A DNA stretch of 62,660 nt, the filler included, from Choristocarpus tenellus KU-1152 (Eukaryota > Protista > Phaeophyceae): NCBI GenBank assembly GCA_964200185.2. It is 11 parts of 11 records of this genome, joined end to end, with 100 filler letters (N's around TTAATTAATTAA, not from the genome) between each part and the next. Parts side by side here need not be neighbours in the genome. Positions count along the whole stretch, not along the records: positions 6,012 to 12,895 come from CAXNAD020007147.1; positions 12,996 to 18,679 come from CAXNAD020010022.1; positions 18,780 to 21,585 come from CAXNAD020024590.1; positions 21,686 to 26,967 come from CAXNAD020011273.1; 7 more parts are not named here. One strand, 5' to 3'. Position numbers and translations under genes: made by a program. Each line of letters opens with the position of its first letter. Position 1 is the first letter of the stretch. This document shows positions 10,901 to 24,209 of this stretch, piece by piece. Below the pieces are notes generated by a model. It saw only the letters and a program-made list of their open reading frames with translations, was not told where the DNA came from and did not search any database.

Positions 10901-12664
10901 TTACAGAGCAAATCGGTCCAAACGATGTCCTGGTAGCAGATGCTACAAGCCAAATATGGTCGAACATTCTTGGACAAAGCTAGCATCGAGCGTTACATTG
11001 CCCTGGGAGTGAAGAAGTCAACATCGAAAATCGAGGGGCTATCTAATCAAATACTTCAACGCACATGGAATATTTTTCAGATGATGAAATTAATACTCAC
11101 CAAACTTTTTGATCTACAACACAACCTATTATTTACGTTTGTATGGAGAACAAATATATAAAGATCTACGTGCATGTTTACGCAAACACATACTCTGAGT
11201 AGTTTGCACTGTCATTCACCATGTACGTCAATAAATCCAGAAAATGATGAGACATTCAATCAGAAAGTTTTTGCTATCTATAGAGAATACAATACACAAT
11301 TGTACCGTAACATACATCCTTACATCCTCATAGGCGCCAGCAGGGGACTTCATACAAAACATGTGCTCCATAATTGGACTTGAATCCAAACGCTACTTCC
11401 TGTTCCACATGAAAACAATATAACTAATGTATCCTTGCACACACACCTTGAGAACGCACAGGGATGTTCTTCAATCCTGATATAATATGTAGAGTGCATA
11501 TGATATACTCCCAAGTACACACAGAAACCTTAAAAACATTTGTGTGTGCACCATTAAAACAAATATAGAAATAGATGGAAGATACAATTTTTTTATCTAG
11601 AGAGGATGCAGACGTACATACACACAGTCTACAGCACACCTAACGCTTTGAAGTACTATCAACATTGTCCATACAAAATCGTAAATAGAGCCAGGGTTAG
11701 GGAGGTCACCTTTTCCAGCACATCCAACAGAAACCCCACTTCTTGGGATGGGCAGCACAGCCGGGCATCAAGCACTGATCCCTCTCAAACGACCCTTTAA
11801 TACTTGTCTTGTGATGCCCACCACTGCAGCTGCTGCCACTGTTCCTAACACCATGAGAGGCAGCACTGAAGCCACCAGCACCGCCAACAAGTGGTTGTCC
11901 ACGTTCATCAATCCCTGCTCCCTGGTCATGACCACCTCTTGAGAAGTTGCTTGTGTTGTCCTTGTTTCCAACTCCATCAGTATCTTTGTCCCTCTCGTGG
12001 CCGCTCTGGGCCATCAGGCCTTGGTTGTCACCGCTACTGATGTCACTGCTGGCATCACTGCTGGCGTCACTGCTGCTTCCAGTGAATTAGTTCCAAATGA
12101 CACCATTAGCTGGTTTCAGTGCACGCTTGCATTTAAACAATAGGATGCTGACAAAACACGCGCAAAATTCATCTATTTTTTTCTTTACGAACGAGTACAC
12201 AGGAAATTTCACTTTTTTTTTTTTCAAAACATTTCAAACGAATAAGAGAAATCAACATTCTCGAGTCAAACTTAGCACTTCGCCCATAAAAACAGGGGAG
12301 AATAGCAAGAGATCAACAATGAACAAACTGGCTTAAGACATAAAACGGTCAAAACCTGGCAGTACCTCTCGCTTGCCTTGCCTCAAACGCACACAGATCG
12401 TACACGCCAACAACACTACACACCAATAACCAACTAACAACACCCCAACCGACAATCTCAATGTATCCAATGATTTTGTATTCCCACCGACCAGATACCA
12501 AGAGATCAGTAAATCGGTATGACGTTACGACGTCATACCGCCAATATACATACATATAATATACATACATATAATATACATACATACATATATAAACATT
12601 CTGTTGATGGATATAACTGCATTCATTCATACTACCATTTGCTATTTTCACAATCAGTACAAAC

Positions 12665-12771
12665 CTCTCGGAAGAACACTGTTCAAGGAGGAGGCGACCG
12701 GTACCTCCCCTCTTCCTCTTCCTTGTAACTGCCCCCTCCGCCTTGACCCTTTGTTCGTAGCACTCGCGGCA
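12665..12771 (-). CDS. Probable isolated exon of an unknown gene
   Basis: ttttctacacag acceptor, open frame CRECYEQRVKAEGAVTRKRKRGGTGRLLLEQCSSE, then ag|gtttgt donor. Confidence 0.4.
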
Positions 12772-12995
12772 CTGTGTAGAAAAGAAGAAAAAATAAATAA
12801 AGAGGTAGGGGGGGGGGGGGGGGGCAGAGGGGCCAACCAACCCCACCTGCCGGGGGAAAAAAAAAGGGGTCCACGGAGGGTAAAACACACCCCACNNNNN
12901 NNNNNNNNNNNNNNNNNNNNNNNNNNNNNNNNNNNNNNNTTAATTAATTAANNNNNNNNNNNNNNNNNNNNNNNNNNNNNNNNNNNNNNNNNNNN

Positions 12996-13063
12996 CAAAA
13001 AAGTGAAAATCGAGAAAAGGGTGGAAAATGGACGCCGACACCCCCCCCCAGATACTTTGACCC
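12996..13063. mobile_element. MITE family 1, right end
   Basis: aaaatcgagaaaagggtggaaaatggacgccga-polyC-CAGATACTTTGACCC, similar to 160-227. Confidence 0.75.
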
Positions 13064-16000
13064 ATATTAATACTCTGAATTATATAGAATTTTTTTCAAA
13101 CAAGAGAGTAAATCAATGCTCTCAAATCAGTCTTGGTTATAGTTCATCCATACAAATAATAGAAATATGGGTGAATTCGAGAAGATGAAGAAATTGGCTC
13201 AAAATGTAAAACAGCCAAAGCATGGGGTGCCTCTCATTTCTTTCGCTCTCATTAGGAGTGGGGGTAGAAGTGTTTGTTCGTGAGTTGAGTGGGATATAAT
13301 AGTGACTATTTTTCCCTCTCATATCACTCTTTTTACAGTTTTTGAGCTGCAATATTTTCAAGCTATTAGTTGAGATCCTCTGAACTAGAAGGAACAGACA
13401 AGCTCACCATACCTTGGAGGGGTTTCCTGGTCCTCTACTACCCAGCTCAAACAATCACCCTGAATTCACTCGAGCCCCATTGCCCAATTGATTTTGTTCG
13501 AACCTTTCTACTCTTTCCTACTCTTTCCTCTGAATTGCTGGGATTCTAAGATCTTCGAAACGTATGCGCACACACTGCTGTTCTCAGGACCCAGGATCAT
13601 TGGTTCATTAATAGTATATGACCAGGAGAAGTGTCCTGTGCGTACATTAGTGTGTTGTAGTCATGTGAAGTGGTAAGTCCACTTGTGAGGCGAAGAACTA
13701 ACAGGGGATGTTTAAACTGGCAACTGGCAAGTAGGCTACCCTCTTTCAGAACAGAAAGGTATGCCTGTCCATCTTGTCAAAATGCTTGCATTATGTAGAA
13801 ATCTGATGTAATCTGTACCGCTAGGTGGGGGATTACCACTTGTCGAATTCATTACCAATTCAACATTCAGTACAGTGCGATACTGAAAACTACCGGAGAA
13901 TTCAGGTAATGGGGAAATGCCGTTCCAAACTCTTGGTAATCCCAAGTCCACCGGTTGATGGAGTGGAAGGCGTTTCTTCCTCTCTCAACAAAATGAAAAC
14001 CCTGACCGGCAGAAGGCAAAGTTGAGGGTGCAAGGACTGCATACAAGACTTGTTATTTGAGTGAGCGCACACGTCAAAGTGTCACCACGAAGCTCACTCG
14101 TGTATTTGAAAAGACTGCACACCTGCAACCAAGACTGACTTCTGTTTAATCAAACCAGACAAACACTCCACCCAATATGACCCCATGTACCTGAAGTGTT
14201 GATGCAATCTCAAAAAATCCGGAAGATGGTCGGCTTTGGACACCTTGCCCCACCATTTTGCCGCCAGTCCATTGGCCCTGACCACTCAAGGTTTTTCTTC
14301 TAGCCCGTTCCACACTCCTCTTTGCTCCCCCTTTTTTACCCCTCTGCCGCCCCCTCTGGCTTGGTCGTTGCTGGGACCTTTCCTTGATGTCAGCTGGGTG
14401 TTGTACATCTCGGACTTCTACTTGTGGCTCTTGCAGGTGGGGCATGCTCTCTGGTGGGAGTGGCTCAACCACAATTATCTTCTCCAGGTTGAAGTTAGGA
14501 GTAGAGCCAAAGGTAGGGTTTTGTGTGTGTGTTTGTGAGTTTTCCTTCTTCTAGGGCGATCGAAATGAGTAGTTCTTGCACGAAAACCCATAGAGGGAGA
14601 GTTGCTGAGTGTTTACAAATAAAAGGTTAGGACAAGGATGGTGTGTAGTAACACATGAGTAAGAGCTGCAATCTTTGTAGGTCTGCATGCTACTCAGATG
14701 AGGGCGGAGGGAATGTCTTATCCCATCAACGACATGTATTTAATGCGGAGTTATCCTTCTGATACCCTCTGAATCAATAAACATCAAAGTGTAAGGGTCG
14801 TGTGGCGGACTTCTCACCCTACCACTTGGTAACATTTTAACAAAAGGTATGTCCAAGTGGTGGAAAAATCATACATCACTTGATTTGTGGCACTATTGGT
14901 GTTCAGCGTAGGGGACTGGTATTCCCCTTCTCAGATCGTGGTTTGCTGGGAAAGAAAGGAGGTTCAAGAATGCAATATTTATTCTAATCTTCATCCAATA
15001 TCTCTGGTGAGATTCACAAGATAATAACCCCCAACCAGCACAACAAGAGGTCGCCTACCTCTCCACTGCAATCCACGGTCCATTCTTTCCCCTTGAAGTC
15101 CTTGATTTTCTTCTCCACATGAATGCGGTTCTCATTCCTCGGCAAACCAGCCTTCACATTTGCATCCTCCTCTTCCACTCCTATAGTCCTAATCTTGTCA
15201 CTTCTGCGTAAACTCTTGAGCAGCAGCAGATTATATGTGGCAATAGAAAAGGAGGATATGGCCACAAGGGTACCTGCCGTGTCGTGATGATTCCTGCTCA
15301 TCTGTTTTCTGCAGTTCGGATCTGTAAATTTCATCGGGATTTTCAACTGGAGGATTCTTCTGCTCTATTCTGATATGGAAGAGCTTTCTATTGTAGCGGT
15401 GCTTGTGTCTTTCACGTAAAATTTATATTGCAAGTTACCAGAGAGGTTAGCAAAGTGATGTAGGACCGGCATATCTTCAAGATACTGGACTGCTCTCTAC
15501 ATGTTAGTGCAGAAGGTCTCCACCACAATGGAAATATCCTTGAAGCATTTTCTTGCCCTCTGTGTGAATATATAAATTGTTCTGCTGCTATCACCCATCC
15601 TCTCCCCTTCTCAACCTAGAACCCCAATGAGTTCAGATGGGAAGTGCAGATAAAAGAGGGAAATTTCTGAGCTCTTTGCCAATTTCGAGCTGGAAGACCT
15701 GAGAACAGTGAGGTTCGGGTTTGTTTTTTTCAGGTTCATTTTCAAGGTTATGGATGTATTGAAAAACCTGACAACACCTGAAATATGTTTTCATACACAA
15801 GGGCTCTGACCTCAAGGTATACCCTATCTTCAGCGCGCAGGCCAATCATCATCGCCACATGCACCCTGTGCTCCTGGTCCGGATTAAGCTCTTTGCTAAG
15901 CTCTAGGATACCCTCCACTCCTTCTCCTGATGATTTCCGCTTTCCACCTTCTGTAGCGATGCTCCCTTTATCATCCTCCCCTGTCTGGGTGCTCCATTGC

Positions 16001-16419
16001 AAACTCTCTCTATGTCCCAAAATCTCGTCTTCCCCCTGATGCTTGCTTGATTCTCTCATTTTCCTCTTTTGTTGTTGTTCTCCTTTTTCGTATTTCTTTA
16101 AGGAACGATGGCTATCCCCATTGTCACTCCCAGATGAAGGTCTACCAGAGTCTGATGTGTCCATGCCCCTCAACTCAGGGCATGTTGCAATAGGGCTTGA
16201 TGGAATTCTCCATGGAACGGACCCTCGAGCCCAAGAATCAACCTCTACCGGCATTGGCTCTCTGCCCTGGCGAGAGTAATAGGAAGGGATACCTTTTTGA
16301 CACACTAGTTGGGTGGGCAAGGCTGGAGTCAACTAACTACAATTCCACGCGTAACAGGATGCCACTCATTTACGTCAATGCCACATTCGTATTCATATAC
16401 TAGGACGTCTGTACGGACA

Positions 16420-18679
16420 TGGCTTTAGAGGATAGAGAGGTGATCTCTCACCTGACTAATGATCGTATCATCTGAGCGTTCTGCACTCAAAGTTGCCAAG
16501 GAAAACAATTGGGGAAGATCCTGAAATGCTAGAGCCAGTCCTGTGGGTAGTTCGAGTTCCGCCAGAGCGTGTTGGTAGACGACGTCTGCTGCTCCTTCAA
16601 CAATAGCCCTACCATCCAGCAAAAAAGAATGCGTTTAAGAAATGCGAAGAAATGTAGCTCTCCCAGTATAAGGGACATGTGGCCTTAGGCTTGAAAATAC
16701 CACCTTCGGTGAGAACTTGAACGGAAAACACTTCACATTCTCGAATAGCAAGGTTCCCACCTCAAAACCTCACAGACGACATTTTCGCACTCAGTGAGTG
16801 CTCCGAACGCATGAACCGACTTAGTTAGAACGGGTTCTTTGCCTTCCATAACCAATTTCCATCCAGACTACTCTTCGGCAGGGAAAATGGTTTGTTTCCT
16901 ATTACACTAGAATTCATCCGAAGGGTTGAAACGACAGGCCTTTTTCGTTTTGAAACTGTACTTTGCACTACACACTAAAGAAAATGGCAAGGGTCCTTTC
17001 TATTCCACGTGACATGTCCCTATGGCGTAATACCCGGTCTACACGGAACATACCTTCACTGAAGATACTCCGGTGATGTGCTGAAGGTTAGTAGCACCTG
17101 TTACAAAAAATCTGCAGATCAAGCACCGCTCCAAGCGCTCATGACATATGTCACATGGACTGAGTGAGACCTCGAGGCCGTGACAAGGGAAGGGCAAGCC
17201 TGTGTAGCAGGGTGCCCTAAAGTAGAACCATGTACCACACTTTCAGCAATGGAATCGGTGGAGAAGGCGGGGACTTAGCTGGCAGTCCATCGAGCTACAC
17301 CTCTGGCGGTGTGGGGGGTTCGGTGCGTGATCGACAGGGTTTCGTCCAGATGTGCTTGTAGATCGCCATCTCCTACTCATCGGTATGAATTTCACAGCAA
17401 GTCGGCACTATATTGAGAGAGGACTCGAGACTTTTGTAGCATGTATTTTGTAAGGGACTAGACGATGGTTGACACTGATTGTTGGATTCGCCTCCTGGAA
17501 TTTCCATCCGACGACCTCTCTCTCTTTCCCCATTCGACTCTCTGGCTACGCTAGCCTTACGGCGCAAAGACCCAGCAGGTGGCATTATACCCATCCCCAT
17601 ACCAAAATCGTAACAGGTCACAACAGAAGCATGGCAATCGTGGCAATAAGCGCAGGACAAACTCTAGTGCAGCCGGTAGTGTTAGCGTCGACCTCACGGG
17701 TACTGATGCAAGGTCAGGGTTCACCCTTGCAACTTCGGCGGGACACCACTATCAGCATGGGAGAGGTGAACGAGACAGGTTCCTCGCCGACATAAACTCT
17801 GGAGGCCACGGAGCTCCACCTGTTAGCATTCTACATGCTAAAAGAGAGGTGGGCTTGTCATCAACGGCTCAGAAGAAAGACAGTTAGAGGTGGTGGAACA
17901 GGCATCACGTTTAACCAAATTCAATTGTCTAGTTTCTCTTAAATGTCGGCCCCCTTGCTTCTCTTGGTCAACCCACATCATTGCCACTCGTGAACACTTG
18001 GGCCTTTTAATAGATACTGCTTGTATTGGCTTTGCCTCTGCCTCAGCAGAATTTAGACAAAATTTTCCCAGACAATCACAGGGGGAAGAACATTGGGTAT
18101 AGTAGAGCTCCTCCGTTGGGAACTGGTGCAACCAGTCCCTTTTATAACTGAGAAAAAGGTGCATAGAGTCAACGTACCTCTGCTCATTTCCCTATTATCT
18201 GACCATACTCAACGACCCTTCCTGCCGTATGGTGGTATTAACAACTGTCAGGGGGGCTTTGTTGGTGGAGGCTCGGTATCTGTAGGAGGTGATAGTGGCC
18301 AAAGAGGAGTTGGTGTAGGCAGTGGAGGAGGGTCACAGGTCCACGGAGGAGGTATAGGTGGCGGTACCACATGGCAATCTTCTTCCTCCCAAAAGTCGCT
18401 CAGGATTTCACGAGAAGGAAGAGCCAGAAATGGGGGAGGTGCACCTACTGTACCAGCAGGAATAAACAGTGGCGGAGGAGGGGCGGCAGGATCGTCAACC
18501 GGAACTGTTGGGGACAATGGTGGTGTGGCTGCAGCATTGATGCCAAGTAGTTTGGGGGGAGTTGGGAGGTTGGGACAGGGGGCGAGAATTGCAAGTGGGG
18601 GAGGGGTCTCAAGTGCAGGGGGGAGGATTAATGTTCCTCAGCGGTACACCCGCTCAAGGGAACGCCTGGATATTAATAG
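16420..18679 (-). mobile_element. Heavily decayed retroelement-like region (gypsy-like?)
   Basis: Pro-rich segment (18248-18517) followed by broken frames with weak pol-like fragments such as SAERSDDTIISQVRDHL. No intact motif. Confidence 0.3.
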
Positions 18680-20659
18680 NNNNNNNNNNNNNNNNNNNNN
18701 NNNNNNNNNNNNNNNNNNNNNNNTTAATTAATTAANNNNNNNNNNNNNNNNNNNNNNNNNNNNNNNNNNNNNNNNNNNNGGAGGGGGTGAGAGGAGGAGG
18801 AGTAATGGGAGGGGGTAAAAGGGGGGGGAGAATGGTGGTAGTGGGGTGCAAACAAGCTACATTTTTCAGTCTGTCCTGTACATAAGCGGGGGATGGATGG
18901 AGGGACTTGAGCTGGGGGCTTACGCCTGTTGAGTAGAGGTAAACTGGTTGTCATTCATGCGGTGACAAGAAAAAAGGACCACTTTTTCGTGTAGTGGTCG
19001 TGTGTTGGGGGTTGAAGAGTGAGGAGTGGAATAGTAGTAGTGTGGGGCGATGACCTGTCCAGAATAAAAAGAAATGTTGGAGAAGGGGGTCCCTGAAGAT
19101 GGATGCATTTGTCAGCTCCTCTACATAGGAATTACTTGTGGAGGACAATCTACCCTCTTACAGGATGATACATGCATTTTGTTGGGCAGTTGGGTTAAAA
19201 TATAGTATGTATAATGCATCATGAATGAGGATGTGATCGAGACGATGAGTGATGCTTACCTTATGTTCATGTCCAACTAGTAGGCTAGGGTCCGACTTTG
19301 ATGAGAGTGTATGTCCACCTGCAGCAGCCGTCACAGGCAAGTTGGCTGCGTTCCTTGGCAAGGAGCGATGGATCATGAAGAGATACATGGTTAGAAAGTC
19401 TTTGCAGGTGCAACAGCAATATTTGCGGTTTTCAACTTCTGGTTGAATCTGTAGAAGGTATGGCTCTCTAGGGAAAGCTACTTGTAGGTAGATGTTCTTT
19501 TGAGGTAAACAACAAATAGATAAGTGCATACTATGATTGTGTTGCTCCATTGTGTATGCCATGATGCTCCGTGTATGAAGATGAAACGTTTCTTGGAAGG
19601 GGGGACTGCATTGGGCTCACCAGCTGCTTACATCAATCTTCTGTTTGACCTTGTAACTACTAGGGGGAGGGTGGGGCAGGGGTAGATGATGTGGACGAAA
19701 TAGATGAAAATGCCAGACTTGAAAAAACCAGGCTTCAAAAGCTGATGTTAGACTGGAATGGCACAATCTATCTTATTTTTGGAGGGTGAAATAAAACGGT
19801 TGTTTCCTGCAACTTGATAAAAACAACTGTGGTGCTTGTACAAGTTGCATGGCCTAGGAGCTCGACAAGTCAAAATGATACGCTCAGGAGCTAACTGATG
19901 TGTGTTGTACATGTTAACATCCCCTCCTGAGTTCTTGGAGATAAGAATATCTGCGATTTATTCTTACTATATAATAGTAGTGTGGAGTGTTCCTGTTTCG
20001 AATTTTGTAAAAATCAGAGGAGAGGCATTGTCTCCAAGACCCAAATGACAGTGATTGTGTACGTGGCCAGTACATTCGGTCGGACTGTGAGCCAAAGTAA
20101 ACAACAGGCACCCAATGTTCAACCGTTTTACATTATGTGCCATTTTTTTATTCTTCTGCAATTCACCCATATTTCTGGATGAACTGCTAAGTTTGACTTG
20201 AGAGGGTTGATATCTCTATTGTTTCAAAATTTTCGACATTGTTCGTAAAAATATCCTGTACCCATTTGTAAAAAACGCTTGATTTTGCATGTGTTTGCAC
20301 GCATCCTAAAAAGCGAAACTCTGGATACCTCTCATTTACTTTGACTCTGTCCCGCATTGAAGTTGGAGACCATGAGTTTTCTCGTCCTAATTAGACCATA
20401 TATACAACCCATGCACATAAAAGGCACTGGACCCGACTACAAGCAGACGATAAGCCAGTTTACCTTGGGGGAACCATCAGTTGTGATAATGCCACTTCTA
20501 TTATTATTGCTGCTTCTGAGATAAGCAGAAGGATTAATAAAGTTTGGAATTTCTGTCACAAATAATACAACCAAGTGTTTTATGATAGGACCTCAGGTGT
20601 ACTACTTGAACCTAAGATTCGCATGCTCAAGCAAGGCTGAAGTGATTGAAGTTCTGTAA

Positions 20660-21048
20660 TTATATGGCTACATGATGTGAGCACTTCATTATCCGAACCT
20701 CCACTCTCATCACCATAGATTCCTCCATCGTAAAACAGGATTCTGCAAACGGGAATGCACTGGTCATGTCCTGTCCTACAAAGAAATATATTCTTGTGAA
20801 GATTGGGTTTGAGAGTATGGAGGCAAATTGCGCATACGAATAAAATCCTCTTTTCTGGGTCAGGTACACGCATTATTGGGGATGAGCGACTTCCCAAGGT
20901 ACTATCGATATTTGAGGGGCTTGTGACTGGAAAACGGACGAGAGGTGGACAGGAGAAGAGCTGTCGGACATGCCTCCTTGACGACCTTGAGAAGCTTGGG
21001 ATTGTAGTTGAGGGATGGAACACTAGTGCAACTAACCAACAGCAGTGA
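20660..21048 (+). mobile_element. RTE-like LINE, 3' end of ORF2 (pseudogenised)
   Basis: ILFSGSGTRIIGDERLPKVLSIFEGLVTGKRTRGGQEKSCRTCLLDDLEKLGIVVEGWNTSA resembles the RTE C-terminus (RLPKxxxFGELxxGxRxRGxxxKxWxDxLxxDLxxxGI...W...A). GHVLSY lies upstream in another frame. Confidence 0.78.
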
Positions 21049-21519
21049 GTGGTATAAGCGTTTAACCGTGGATTTTAAAAATTGAGGATGGAGCGTACTA
21101 TTATTGAGGATGGTTTTGACCGAAAATGGCGCGGAAAAAGTGGCGATATGTTTTTTTTTGTAAATGTTGGGGCACTTTTTTAGGGCCCCTTTTTGAATGG
21201 GAATCCATGCCGAAGGTGGTAATAGAACATACTTAATCGATCTTGTACGTTTCCAACGTTCCAAAAGTAGAACGATATTTTATTCCTTACACCAACAAAT
21301 ACAGATACAAACCACATCCTTGATTGATCTAATACGTTTCAAAGGTACGAAACGAAAAGGTCACAAAAACTTTTACTCTCTCTTTTCAATATGTAATCGC
21401 ATGCTGTTCGATATTCCTTTCTTCATGTAACACAATTGTCAACAGAAAGAGAAATCGATGAAACTCAAGAACCGCTTTTTGTCGTCTCTAGTGTTTTTAG
21501 AGCCAAAGTATATTCTTAC

Positions 21520-21585
21520 AGGGTAGAGCCGCGTCCATTTGGGGGTCAAAATACAATGTTGTCATTTTGATGTAATTTTGGCTAT
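21520..21585. mobile_element. MITE family 2, terminus truncated by contig edge
   Basis: agggtagagccgcgtccatttgggggtcaaaatacaatgttgtcattttgatgtaattttggctat closely matches the reverse complement of 27184-27249. Confidence 0.7.
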
Positions 21586-22989
21586 NNNNNNNNNNNNNNN
21601 NNNNNNNNNNNNNNNNNNNNNNNNNNNNNTTAATTAATTAANNNNNNNNNNNNNNNNNNNNNNNNNNNNNNNNNNNNNNNNNNNNGGATAGAGGAATAAG
21701 AAAATAGGAATGTGCAAATAATAATAATAATCCAGAATTCGTGAGCAAAGCAAAAATGTCTTTCACATTTATGGCAACTGACTTTTTTTGGGGTTGTTCC
21801 GACATTTGAATGGGTTTTCATTGTTTTTTCCCCTCACACATATGGAAAATGTGAAAAGGGTATAATTGTAATAATGTATCAATAGTGAGTTGTGAGCAGT
21901 GACACCATGTGACGAATCTGTGGTTTTGTGATATATAATTTAGAAGTCACACTTCTGGCTGAATTGTCATAACCCCTCTCCAATTACCAAATCTTTTAGT
22001 TCAGATATTTGCTTATTCAAAATAATCGAACTGAAGCTGATTGAAGTGTTGCAATTCACAACACTAAAGGAAAAGATCAATATGAAATCCACATTTTTTT
22101 TGTACAAGTGTGGTCACTGCCAAAATTGATTTTCTTTCTGAAATATTGAACTACAACATCCCGTGAAAGATTTTTCCTTACGAACCAATGTTGATACTAC
22201 AATAGTATTAGTGTTAATATCCCTCTACATTTTAGAACCATTGTAGTTGTGTGAAAGGTGGATATGAAGAGAAGGAGGAAGTCTAACCCTAAGGTCCCTT
22301 CATGCCCTACATCCACAAATCACATGTCTCTATCTGAAACATACACATTATCAGTATTTTGGTATTCTGATAGTTGCTATAAACACTACTGGAGAGACAA
22401 ACCTAAAAACCAAAATTTCGATACTGAAGGACAGCTGAACATCTTTGTATAGCAAGCATATACATTTGGTGATGCTTCTCCGAATCAGTGTTTTGATTGG
22501 GGGGACGTCATCAGCGTCATCTCCCTTAGAGTCAGAGATCATGGATCATGTATTTGTGTAGGTAAACTTCTAAATAGACTATAACTTCTATCTGACGTTG
22601 GATTAGGAGTTGTTTTTTAGTATAATACTGTATCTCTTGGTTTTAGTGTTCCTGAAAAAAGAATATAGGGTAGAGTATGTATATAAGATAAACCATCTGG
22701 CAGCCCATGTACGTGACCAGAAATTGATCCTTGTTACTTACACACACCAAACACCAATAATTGCTTTAACCATCGATTGATTTTGCATCGTCATCTATCT
22801 TTGACACTAGACATAAGGGCGACTTAGGGTAACAATCACACTGAACGTGTGGCTTGGCATAGCCCTTGACTCGGAAAAACAATCACCTCTCTTCTTTTCG
22901 TGGTCAGTGTGCAAGCACCAGGACCTCTCACATACCATCGGAAAGGCAGGGTGCATGACCCTACTGGACCACACTTAGTCTCAGTTCAG

Positions 22990-24209
22990 CGGGAAATATG
23001 GACGGCGATAAAGATCCACGGGAAGCTGACATTATCAGGGTTGACCTCGACCGACTGAGCGGCATCCTGGGTAAGTGGAATTGTCCTTCATTACAGACGA
23101 CACCCTTCACAGAATCTCAAGAAGTCGGATATTTTCTTGTACACAAAGTTATACACGTCTGTTGCATTTTTCCACAACCCCAAAAGCATAATGTGAGTTA
23201 CGACTGCATATCCTATAAAGTCAGGTTGAAGAGAGTCTAGTTATGCTTTGTCTTATGGTGTGTAATTGACCAGAGTTGTTAAACTGTGAATCGACTACAA
23301 TACCTGGCAGTGAACGGCAACGCTAAATTCTAGTCTTCTTCCACTCCTCGGTCACTTTCCCTCTAAGTAATTGTTGGTACCCCTGTTTGCCACCTCACTA
23401 TGCAGGATGTGGCAAGGACGAGCTCCTGCGTTCCCTACGACGTGAGAGGGTCTCCACTACTCGTGGCATGGCTCTTGCAGAAGAGGAGGAGGATAAGCAG
23501 TTCACCCTCGATGATGTGCGACACTTTTTCTCTGTAGGATGCACATATGATAGGCACAGTCCCATATTCCTACGCTAATCAACTCCAGAGTATATTGGAT
23601 GATACAACATGCACAGATTGCGTGCAGTCGTCGTACTTTTCACCGATAACGGCGCTGTGCATTGTAGGATATCTCTTTGTTGACTTCATAGGCTCCTGAA
23701 CCGTATGTTGGCACTTTGCACGAATTGATTTTCACCTGTTGGCACTACGAAATACTTCTGAACAGGGAAAGAATCACGGAGAGATAGCGTTTTGAATCAA
23801 CCCCTGCCCCCCCTCCCCCCAAACCTCGCCATACCCCTACCATGCTATGATTGTCTATCCAATTTGTTGCCGTCTTGGACCAGCTGTGAATCTAAATATC
23901 GGATCGCACTCAAACCACCTTCCGCACATCACTGACCTGTGAAGTCATGACAATTAACCACTTTTTTTTGTATGCATTACCTTGTCTACCCAACCCTCCA
24001 TCCCTAACGATCCCCCGAAACCCTCTCCCCCAAACAACAATCAGGCATCGGTACTGTACTCACCTCCAAAAGTCAGACAGGCGTTGGTGTCGGCGGTCAC
24101 CAGGCACTCACCTGCTGAAGGATCAGGTGATGGAGAGGGTCCAAATCAGCTGTGGGTGCTCGGTGGGGGCAAGGGCAAGACATTGATCGACCTTGTCCTT
24201 GGAAACCTG
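22990..24209 (+). CDS. Three phase-compatible exons of an unknown gene (about 22990-23070, 23406-23515, 24045-24209)
   Basis: g|gtaagt...cag|ga joins to ...LDRLSGILG-CGKDELLRSLRRERVSTTRG...FTLDD; then cag|ASVLYSPPKVRQALV...LVLGNL|gtgagg. Phases agree (1, 0, 0). Confidence 0.65.

Noticed and set aside
18093-18679. Gly-rich 212-aa plus-strand ORF as a structural protein
   Set aside because: It is the reverse of a Pro-rich segment, runs into an N spacer and has no splice or motif support.
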